Assembly: GCA_036785375.1 (NCBI GenBank) | Contig: JAWMAR010000023.1 | Coordinates: forward strand, 682,001-746,000 | Reading direction: 5' to 3' | DNA: 64,000 nt | DNA from: Leucoraja ocellata | Lineage: Eukaryota | Shown: positions 37,501 through 49,500 of the stretch, piece after piece | Position numbering within the stretch: the stretch's first letter is position 1 | Layout: each line of letters opens with the position of its first letter | The notes under the pieces: generated by a model | The model's input: the letters and a program-made list of their open reading frames with translations, nothing else | Database searches by the model: none | Told to the model about the DNA's origin: nothing | Made by a program: the position numbers and the translations under genes

Positions 37501-40500
37501 CCCCCCCCCTCCCCTCTCTCCCATCTCCTCTGTAGCCCACTTGCTTGGACGTGCACCTTATTTATCTGGCACCTCTTGCATCAGATCAGGCTCAACATGT
37601 ACACTTTGCTAATCGGGGATGTGCTTAGGTAATGCAATACTCTACTGGACTGTATGCAAGAAATTAATTTCACTGTGCATTTGCACATACAAACCTAACG
37701 CTAATGCAACATTGAACCTCCTCTCCCTTCCCACCCATATTCCTTCCTCAGGCTTCACAATCCATGCTTCTCTCTTTATCTCACACCTTTTGCCTTTTCA
37801 TCTCTGGCTTACGTCCAACCATCTGCCTAACAAACGCCCCGCTTATCCGTATCCACCTATATCTCGCCACGTGTCTAGTTCAATCCTAGCAAAGATATTC
37901 CCCCATTTGTAAAGCAGCCACACACTGACCTTCCACAAGTAAGAAGAAGCCTTTTGGATTCTTGCTCAAAATCCTGATGGCTGCTGTTACCATCTCTTCG
38001 AGCGAAGGGTCAGAAGTTTTATTTCTCTCCAACTCGTACTGCAGGTCACCATGTTCAAAAAGACCTGGGAAATAGAAGCAAGAGCTGAAGGGCTGAATTC
38101 CCGGTCGTCAGAAACATTATTGGTTATGGGTTTACCAAGATCAACGCACATTGGAAACAAGGCAATAATAATCTGAAGCAAACTATTTCAAAGTACAATG
38201 GGTGGGTTGTCCCAGGTATCCTGGGCAATATTTGTGCTGAGACCACTGACCATAATTGAGGCCTTACTGTCCATGGAGCTGGGGAGGGGATAGGGCAAGG
38301 GTTCCCAACCTGGGGTAAATTTACCACAGGGGGTAAATTTCACCTACCTAGGGGGTAAATTTTGCCCAGGGGATAAATTTGTTGATTCTGGATTTGCACA
38401 CATTTTTTCTCATTGACTGACTGTGTTTGGTTCTGGTATACCGGTATCTGTTCATCATTAGTTGTTCATAAATAAGTGAAATAACATTGTTATCGTGCTA
38501 TTAAAGTTGCCAGGGGTAAACGGGGTGAAAAAAGGTTGGGAACTCCTGGGATGGAGGCCAGGATTTGGCACGGGAAAGGGGAATACGACCCAGCCCAGGA
38601 ACTCAACATTAGAGATGCTGAAATGTAAACTCTTCCCCATTATTGTTGGTCGGCGGGACGGGGAACCCGCAAGAAGACTCGTTGGGTGGCGTAATTCCGA
38701 AGAGGCTGGAGCGGTCCGGTGCAAGGAGAGGGTTGAACCGGGGTTAAGACACCAGCGCCTTCAAGGTCAGCTGCTGGAGGCGCCCCGGTACACAGCTGAG
38801 GATGGACAGGCCAGAGGAGACGGACGTCCGACCGGACGTCGGATTTTCAATAAGGGGGTGCCAACATATGTAGTTTATGAGAAAATAATTTCACTGTGCA
38901 GTTGGACATGTGATGAATAAAGCACTGAATGAACCATTGAATCATTTTTCCCCGAGCCTTCCCCAACTAAATATTTCTGTCGTCTTGGCAAAAAAAGGAT
39001 AAAGTCAGCAAAATAATTTGAGAACCAATAATAATAATAACTTTATTTATAAAGCGCTTTTAGACAACATCAGTTACCACATATTATTTTAGAAGCCACC
39101 TTTCAAGCCAATTAATCCCTTCGAAACAAAGAAAAGAAAGCTGGACTTCACCAGATAAAACTCAGTTATACTTACCCATTAAATGGTCCACTTCATTCAG
39201 GTCAAGTTTCTTCAGCTGCTCTCGGTTCCAGATGTAATGAGCTTTCTAAAGAAATGAGAGGATCCGATATTGGGTTATCCACAGAAAACCACGAAGAAAC
39301 TTATCAGCGGCAAACACTGCAAACTCTCAGCAGGTCAAACTGCTGGAGGAACTCAGCAGGTCAGGCAGCATCTGGTGGAGGGAGAGACAAAATGCTACAG
39401 TAACTCAGCGGGACAGGTAGCATCTCCGGAGAGAAGGAATGGGTGAAGATTCGGGTCAAGACACTTCTTCAGAACATCAGTCTGAAGAAGGGTCTCGACC
39501 CGAAATGTCACCCATTACTTCTCTCCAGAGATGCTGCCTGTCCCGCGGAGTTGCTCCAGCATTTTGTGTCTATCTGTGATTTAAACCAGCATCTGCAGTT
39601 CTTTCCTACACATCTGGTGGAGGGAAATGGACAGTGGACGTTTCGGGTTGAGACCTTTCATTTGGAGCACGTGTCATGTTAATTCTCCATTCCATTCTCA
39701 CTCTGACCTCTCTCATGCGCTCTTAGAATGAGGCCCTTTATAAGCTTGGGAGGCGATACCTCTTCTTTGATCTGGTTGCAGAACACAGTGGAACAGGCAG
39801 CATCTGGGTGAGATGTAATCTCAAATTCTCCAAATTTGGTGACTTACTATCTCTGTCCAAGCCAACATTTCCACTGTAATTTATCCATCTATGGCAGTTT
39901 CTCTCTTTACTAATACAATCTGAGCTTCCAGGTCTTAGTGGAAGCAACATGTATCTTAAACATAAACTTTTGCTTTTCTCCCTTTATCTACTTCCACTGG
40001 GCTCAATTTTAAGAAGGCATGGCATCTCCTTTCACTTTTACGCGGATGATAGCCAGTTGTACATGCCACTCAGGAAAGAAGATAATTATTCCCTAAAATC
40101 ACTTCTGTCTTGTCTTGAGGACATTAAGTCCTGGATGGCCTTAAACTTTCTGGGACTTAACGAAAAAAAGACAGAAGTGATTTTGTTCGGCCCTAATGGC
40201 TGCCGTGAACCTCCCTCTGTTGACTTGGGTCCACTTGCAGTGTTTGTAAAGCCAACAGTTTTAAACCTGGGTTTTATGATGGACAGTGATTTTAAATTAG
40301 ATAAGCAAATAGGCGCAGTGGTTAAGTCCAGCTTCTTTCACCTAAGGAAGCTGGCAAAGGTGAGGCCTATTCTCGAGCGGCAGCATTTTGAAACAGTAAT
40401 TCACGCCTTTATTTCATCTCGGCTGGATTACTGTAATGCGCTCTACACTGGAGTCTCGCGAGCTTCGTTGGCTCGTCTCCAGTTGGTCCAAAATGCTGCC

Positions 40501-43500
40501 GCTCGCCTTTTAACCGGAACTCGAAAGAGGGAGCACATTACGCCAATTTTGGCCTCCCTTCACTGGCTTCCAGTGCACTTTCGAGTTCATTTTAAAATTC
40601 TTTTATTTGTTTTTAAATCTTTGAATGGCCTCGCCCCGCCTTACCTCTCTGAGCTGCTCCACCTATATGCTCCTACCCGGTGCCTCAGGTCAGCGGATCA
40701 GCTGCTCCTTGAGGTACCAAGGTCTAAGCGGAAGCTCAGAGGGGATAGAGCCTTTTCTGTTGCTGCACCGGCACTCTGGAACACCTTGCCGCTGCAGATC
40801 AGACAGGCCCCTTCACTGTCCATCTTTAAATCCTCCCTAAAAACGCACTTTTATTCACTGGCTTTCGACACTGGCTGAGACATTGTTCCTGTTTTAGTGC
40901 TTTTAATGTCTTTTAATTTTTTACTGTTTTTATAGTCCTGTCGTCTTAATGATTTTAGTAATTTGTGATAACTTTTTGTGATTTCCCATGTACAGCACTT
41001 TGTGGTAACTGATGTTGCCTAAAAGTGCTTTATAAATAAAGTTATTATTATTATTATTATAAACAGTTTATGAATCACCCACTGACCTCCACTGCTACTT
41101 TAACTACACCTCCTCCCATTCTGCCTCTTACAAAGGTACCATCCCTTACTCTCAATCTCTCTGCCTCTGCTGTATCAGCTTCCAAGATGAGGCTTTCCAC
41201 TCTTGGAGATCCAAGATGACCTCTTTCTCCAGTAAATATTGTTATCTTCTGTTGGTATGGATGCAGCCCTCACCTGTGTCTCCCCTGTGTCTCACAGATT
41301 TGCTCCCGCTCTCCCTATCCCCAGAAAGCACAGTTCCCCTGGTCATCATCTTTCACCCTACCACCTTTCTCATCCAACACATCATTCTCTGACATTTCCA
41401 CCACCTTCAACATGATCCCACCACCATGCACATCTTCCGGTCATGTGCTCTGCAACTCCTTGTTTTGCTCATCCCTTCCCAACTAATCTCAGGCATATTC
41501 CCCGGCAATTACAGGAGGTATAACACCTCTCCCCACACCTCCTCTCTCAGTTCCATCCTGGGACCCCAGCAGCCCTGGCAGGTGAGACAGGGGCTTATGT
41601 GCACTTCTTCCAACCTACATCTACTAGATTTGATGCTTACAATGTGAGCCCCTTTACATCGGCAAGAACAAAGTAGACTTAATGAGGGGGGACCTCATTG
41701 AAATGTGCCAAATAGCGAAAGTCTAGGGCTAGAGGTCATAGCTTCAGAATTAAAGGACGTTCCTTTAGAAAGGAGATGAGGAGGAATTTCTTTAGTTGGA
41801 GGGTGGTGAATCTGTAGAATTATTTTGCACAGGAGACTGTGGAGGCCAAGTCAATGGATATTTTTACGGCAGAGATAGATAGATTCTTGATTAGTACAGG
41901 TGTCAGGGTTATGGGGAGAAGGCAGGAGAATAGGGTTAGGACGAGGGTGATAGATCACCCATGATGGAATGGCGGAGTAGACTTGATGGGCCAAATGGCC
42001 TAATTCTGCTCCTATCACATGACCTTTTAATCAAACAGCACCTGGTATCGAGCCACGGAAGAACTTGCCTTAAATTGGGCTCCAGTGTTAAACAGTTTTT
42101 TAAATAATAATGTGGGCGGATAATGGTACAGCAACTAGGAATGCAACAAAGGAAGCTGAAGACGGACAACAGACCTGGAGAAACACAGCGTTGAGGTTGG
42201 GACTGAGTTTTAGGATTGAAGATTAAGTCTACTGCATTCAGTGTTGTTTACCTTAAAGATCATGCGAGTTGGACAACAATTTGCAAAAACAAATTGCAAG
42301 TGTGTAGCAAAGAACTGCAGATGCTGGTTTATTCGAAGATAGACACAAAATACTGGAGTAACTCAGCACGCCAGGCAGCATCTCTGGAGAGAAGGAATGG
42401 GTGACGTTTCTGACGAAGGGTCTCGTCCTGAAACATCACCCATTCCTTCTCTCCAGAGATGCTGCCTGGCCCGCTGAGTTACTCCAGCGTTTTGTGTCTA
42501 TTAACGAATTGCAAGTAATTTGTGGGTTCAAAACTGTAGGTCAGTAGCAAAATTCCAAAAGGAGGTAAAGATATATAGGAAAAACAGATTTGACAACAAT
42601 TTGAAGGGAGAAAGAGATGCAAAAAAAAACTGATGGAGAAATGATGTGCAGGCAGAAGAGCAAAGGAAATAATAACAGTATATATGTGATCCAAGGTGGG
42701 TCCACCTCAACACATCCAACTTTAACCACCAGAGAGCAATAGTCAAGAGGGTAGATATCTCAATGATTCAATGAAACCGTTTACGCAGCTATTTGTTGGA
42801 CTAAATTGACAGCCGACCTTGTCCTTTTTCGAGTGTTTCCATTCCTCCACCAGGTTCTTTCCGTCGAGCCGGGAGCCGTTAGCTTTCCACTCATTGGGAT
42901 ATTCAACATCAGGAGTGTCCCTTGGGAACATGTACTTCCTGCCACCACCCATTATCACCTGGTTCAGGAAGAAGGAATCAATGGAAACACGTCACATAAT
43001 TGATTACGACATGAGCGAATGCTTGTAAGTTTCGAGCCAAGAGTGCATATTTCAGAGAACATGACAAGCATGGATCAGATAAAAGCAATTTATTTGCAAA
43101 AGCTCTAATTCTCCAGTTAATTATAGCCTGAGAGAATGAAGCTCTTGATGGATAACATCTAGGAAGGGACGTCTGAAGGAACTCTCCACCACTAAATCAT
43201 CCAAATATCTCCTTCGAGCACGAACAAAGCCAATCTAAACATCGTTCTCAGGAAACCCTGCGTGCATTTTGCCACCAAAAAGTTGCATGGTATGTGAGTC
43301 TTGTTAGAAATAATGCTAAAGATTGTCCACAATATAAAACAATAAAACTTAAATTCATCAAAAACAATGGAGAAGAGCAAGGAGTATGTTAAAAATGTCA
43401 AGGACTGGCATTGCTGCAATCCTTGCTTTAAGGATTGTTGCAGCATGAACAAGACACAGATCGGGATTTAGGTGTAGGGATGAATAATAGAGGGATAAGG

Positions 43501-46500
43501 GTACATGGTGCAGGGGTGAACAATACAGAGGCAGGGGTACGTGGTGCAGGGGTGAACAATACAGAGGCAGGGGGACACAATGAAGGGGTGAACAATACAG
43601 AGGCAGGGGTACATGATGAAGGGGTGAACAATACAGAGGCAGGGGTACGTGGTGCAGGGGTGAACAATACAGAGGCAGGGGGACACGATGAAGGGGTGAA
43701 CAATACACAGATAGGAATATATGGTGCAGGGTGAACAATGCAGAGTCAGGGGTACACAGTGAAAATACATGGCTCAAAGGCAAGAGTACAACACAGGGTA
43801 TCATAATGCAGATACACGGTGCATGGACAGGACTGAGTGGCTGTGTGGGAGAGATGGACACCACAGTGAGATGGAGCTGTAAGTTACCATAGGATCAGAA
43901 CATTGGACCATGGATTAAGTATTAAGAATAGACACCTGCCTGCTTTGGCCAATTCCAGGCTTGCTGAAGGACCAAACTGGGCAGCCCATGGGAAGGTGAT
44001 ACTTGTTTTACTCGTCATCTACCACTGACCCAATTCCCAGCACAACTGTACTGATGCACAGGGGTTAAAAACCGTCCCTATCTCATCGCTGACTTGGCAT
44101 TGAATGAAACACCACCTTCAGAGGATCCCAATGGGAAGCGAATGCCAAGTTGATTGATTGCCATTAAGATGGTAACAAACACTTTCATGGCCAAGAAGCA
44201 GTAAATATACTTGGCAGACATCCCCTTGCAGATGTCGTTTACAAAAACAACAGGTTTCTTGATCTCTGCACATTTTCAATTCTGCAAATGAATCGCAAGA
44301 TTGTTCCTAGTAACAGATTAATTCAATTGAAACAACATTTTTGCTTTGCCTTTGAGACAACATTTACGGGTGGTTCTCATGAATATTTATCCTTCTCTGT
44401 TCAACTGGAGGAAGATACAACAGTTACACAGCCAAGATCACCATTTATGAATGACCAGACTTCCAGTAACAAATGATGTGTTGTCTGCAGCACAAGCCAT
44501 GGGACCCTTGACACAGATGCATTAAGGGGAAGGCATCAAGAGCACTGGTTCAACTTCTTTACTTAACTGAAGATAGACACAAAAAGCTGGAATAACTCAG
44601 TGGGACAGGCAGCATCTCTGGAGAGAAGGAATAGGTGACGTTTCAGGTCGATACCCTTCTTCGGACCGGTTAGGGATAAGGGAAACAAGAGATATAGATG
44701 ATGATGTAGAGAGATAAAGAACTATGAATGGAAGATATGCAATAAAAGTAATGATGATAAAGGAAACAGGCCATTGTAAGCCGTTTGTTGGGTGAAAACA
44801 AGAAGCTGATGTGACTTGCGTGGGGGAGGGGTATAGAGGGAATACCGGGGCTACCTGAAGTTAGAGAAATTAATATTCATACCACTGGGCTGTAAGCTGC
44901 CCAAGCGAAATATGAGATGCTGTTCCTCCAATGTGTGTTTAGCCTCACTCTGACAATGGTGGAGACCTAGGACAGAAAGGTCTCTGTGGGAATGGGAAGA
45001 AGAATTATTAAAGTGTTTAGCAACCGGGAGATCAGGTAGGTTCAGGCGGGTTGAGCGAAGGTGTTCAGCGAAACGATCGCCCAGTCTACGTTTGGTCTCG
45101 CTGATGTATAAGAGTTCCATCTAGAACAACGGATACAGTAGACGAGGTCGGAGGAAGTGCAAGTGCTCAACTACTGCTCTGGAAAGCAGACAAGCCTTTG
45201 GAAAAATATAGAAGTTGGGTTATCTACAATTTCCTGTCGTAATCCAAACAATGCTTGCCTTTATTCGAGATTCATTTGGCACTACTCAGCAATCGATTCA
45301 CTTGAGATTATTGAACAGTTCCAATAAAGCCAAGCGTCATCCTCAGGAATGTTGGAGAGAAAAATTACTTGGAAAAGCATTTTAATAGGTTGCTCCTTAG
45401 TCTCTGGACTGTTATTCATTCAGAAGGTCTGGGCGTAAGGTACAACCCCAGGATCATTCAATCATGATTGCTAGTCGGCATGGACTCGACAGGCCGGTTT
45501 ACATGACGTATCTCTAAAGGTCTAAAGTATAAAATCTCATCACATTTTAGTCTTAGTTTTAGATACACAGGCCGTTCGGCCCACCGATTCTGTGCCGACC
45601 AGCGATCCCCGAACACTTACACTAACCTACACACATCAGGGACAATTTACAATTTTACCAAGCCAATTGACCTATAAAAGCTGTATGTCTTTGGAGTGAG
45701 GGAGGAAACTGGAGACCCAAGAGAAAACCCACGCAGGTCACGGGGGGAACATACAAACTCCGTGCAGACAACACCCAGGATCAAAGCCGGGTCTCTAGCA
45801 CTGTGAGGCAGTAACTCTACTGCAGTGCCACCCTGCTGCAATGTGTCTACACTGTCCACATTTCTATCATCTGTTGCAGAAGCAGCTAGTTTGCACACTT
45901 CTCCTCATTACTTGGTGGCTCTTGATTCAGAGGTCCCACCCTACAAGTCCTGTTCAATGACACTCACTTACCTCGATGCCAGGGATGTTGTAAATGAGCT
46001 GCTGCGCGATGTCCTTGCAGCCTTGCTCCAGTGCCTCATATGGCATTTCGTAGTCCGAGTACCAGTCCCGGTTCACGGAATGTGCGTAGGAGGCGCTGGG
46101 CGTGGCATGCTGCACCCGTGTAGTCGTGACGATGCCCGTTGATTTGCCTGGCAAGAAGGGTTAAGTAATGAGGCAACATCTAAGCCCTTATCCATCACCA
46201 GTTCAGTTCAATTCAGTTTAGTTTATTGCCACATGTACCGAAGAACAGTTCACCGATGAACCCAGTTCGGTGATAAAGTTTTGATGCAGCAGTAGATATC
46301 GTGAGTGGAGTTTTGGATGAACTGTTTTACACAGGCAGATCCGTGATTAACTAAGGGAGGATTTCAGTTTAGTCTATTGTCACGTGTACCGAGATACAAT
46401 GAAAAGCGAGCAGAAAGACAATTCCAGCCAGCAGAAAGACAATACATGATTACGACTGATCTATTTACAGTGTAATAAGGGAATAACATTTAGTGCAAGG

Positions 46501-49500
46501 TAAAGCCAGCAAAATCTGATCAAGGATAGTCCGAGGGTCACCCAAAGTGGTAGATGGTAGTTCAGCACTGCTCTCTGGTTGTGGTAGGATGATTCAGTTG
46601 CCTGAAATGTTGCTGTAGGAGTAGAGATGTAAGAATGTGGAGCGATTGTAATAGGTGTGTGTAGATTTGCTTCTGTGGCTCATACCCTATTAGTTGGGCG
46701 CCATCTTGGAAGTTTCAATCGCTCTCCCATCACTGACCTTGACCTCACGTTGTCAAGGGATAAACGTTGGAGTTTGTTCCTCCTCTATTTCCCCTTTCTC
46801 TCCCTGTAAAACTGCACAGGCTTTTTGTCCCTGTCCTGGCCGGCCCAATGACAAACATTTGAGATGACAGAAAAATTCGAGCCCATTGTCTATAATGGTC
46901 TGAGGTCATGGCAAGGCCAATATGATATTTATGAACTGTGGCCAAACTGGCATGGTATGGTGTACGCCAAGCCAATCTGTGCATTGCCAACTATTACAAT
47001 TAGCAGTGAGATATGCACAAAAAGCTAGAGTAACTCAGTGGGACAGACAGCATCTCTGGAGAGAAGGAAAGGGTGACGTTTCGGGTCGAGACCCTTCTTC
47101 CTACATCTATCTTTGGTTTAAACCTGTATCTGATGTTCCTTCCTACATCGACCTTCAGGTTAAACCAGCATCTGCAGTTCCTTCCTACAAAGTGAGATAA
47201 GCAGCCAGATCAGCTCTTTTCACTCAGAGATGCCCTTTACTTTTCAGTCAGGCTATGTAAAGATTCTGTATGGATTTCTGCACATTATATACATAGACTT
47301 CAAGAAAGCCTTTGGTAAAGTCAACAAACAAGTCCCTGCTGGCTGAAACTGATACTTTTCGAAATGAAGACAATTTTTTAACCCAATTGGAAGATTGGTT
47401 GAGCAACATGGGGCAGAGAGGAAGGAGAGAAGTCCATACAATAACTGGCAGGATATAGCTAGTGGTGGCTCAGAAGATTGGGATTGGAACTATTCACAAC
47501 ATCTAACAACTAAAGTGATGGGATTGAAAAGCCATACTGCCAATAACACAAAGGTGGATAAAATATTAAACAAGGTATAGGGTAGCATTGAATTATCCAG
47601 AAATATTTATCCATTAAGTGATTCCATAGCAAATAAGGAGACAAATAAGAGGAGATTTTATTTTCTAAAAGGTGAGAAGTTGGAAGCTTCTCTCCTCTTC
47701 TTTCAGTTATCAGATTTTTAGCAGTTACAAATTTAGATTCTAACAATTCCAGCACCTTTTCATCTCCTATCTACATCTCCTCTAGACAGTTCAGCTGCAC
47801 TATTCAAGTATTTATCAATCAAAGGCAACATTTTATGTCACTGCCTATCATTTTATTCTCTCCACTTATACTTAAGTAGCATTTTAATTTCTAACCTTTC
47901 CCAGTTCTTAGTCTTCTTGTGTGGGGCGCTTGGTGAAGCAGCAGTTAGTGCAGCTGCCCCCAAGGTTCGGCACCCCTAGATTTCCCCACGACTCAAGGAC
48001 ATGCTGGTGAGTTGAATGGCTGCTGTGAATTACTGCTTAATGCAGGTAAGCAGCAACTGGAACCAAAGGTAAGTTAATGAGCATCTGGGAGAGATTTAGC
48101 TGCAGGGCTGACTACAGGAAAATAAGGAAAGGGGGAATGGAATTGATGGCAATATCTGTCTAGGTCCTGATCAACTGAATGGCCTCCTATTGTGTTGTAA
48201 TAGGCAAGACTATGATCCCTCCCACTGATGCAGAAAGCAATGAGAAAACAGACAGAAAATAGGCACAAAGAGCTAGAGTAACTCAGTGGGTAGGGCAACA
48301 TCTCTGGAGTTAGGGAATAGGTGACGTTTTGGGTCAGAACCCTTCTTCAGACTGAACCATTCTTCAGTCTGAAGAAGGGATCCGACCTGAAACGTCATCT
48401 ATTCCTCTCTTCCAGAGATGTTGCCTGACCCAGCTGAGTTACTCCAGCACTTCCGTGTAAACCAGCAACTGCAGTTCCTTCCTAAACAAGGTAAAAAAAA
48501 CCAGCATGTTTGGATCGAGGCCATGCACACAACACTAACCAGCATCTTCTGCCCACTTCAGAATGGATGTCACCTCATTGCCAAAGGTGGTGTTGCACTG
48601 TTTACGCACTGAGGCCGCGCTCACACCCACGGTGCCTTCATTCGCCTTAACGCCACACAGGTAGGCCGTTGCCGTGCCAGCACTATCAGGTACTTGGGCG
48701 TTGGTGTTATAGGTCTGGTCAATGCAAAAGAGAGAGGCACAGAAAGGTCAAACTTTATCTCTCCACTCCCTGAAGAACAGCACACACCTCATAAATCAAC
48801 AACCACTACCAAAGGAAATTCATGACAAATTCATCATGACATATGATTAAAATTGCCAGCCTCATGAGTCAGCCACAAATATATAACCAACCCGCCTACA
48901 GCTACTGTTACTGGCAGAGAATAAGGTTATTGTCTTCAGGGACATTTATTATAAGTCGTTTCTGCCCGAAAGAAAATAAAAATCTTTTGCACTTACTGAA
49001 GAGAAATGCACACTGTTTCAATGATTAAGATTTTTCTGACATTGATGCTTAGAAATTCTGGTGGACCCAATCGATAAGAGCTGAAACAGAGGTGTGACCT
49101 CGTTAGTGGTTGTCACTCCAGAGGAAGGATTGGGTCCGGGGAAGTATTGTTGGACTCCAGCATTCAGTAGAGGAGGGGGGATTAGGTGTAGAATGGTGCA
49201 TAGGATGCAAGGTGGAGACACCTACTGTCATGGAAGGGATGGGGTGTTGGGAGATTGTAGAAGAGGGCAGCCTGGTAGCGCAGTGACAGAGTTGCTGCCT
49301 TACAGCACTTGCAGCGCCGTAGACCAAGGTTCAACCATGACTTCGGCTGCTGTCTGCACGGCGTTTGTACATTCTCCCCGTAACCGCGTGGGTTTTCTCC
49401 GAGATCTTCGGTTTCCTCTTACACTCCAAAGACTTACAGGTTTGTAGGTTAATGGGCTTGGTATAAGTGTAAATTGCCCTATAGTGTGTGTAGGATAGTG

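Noticed and set aside
43358-43864. Overlapping ORFs with 12-aa repeats
   Set aside because: Translation artefacts of the 36-bp minisatellite. Units are contiguous with no unique spacers, so it is not a CRISPR array either.
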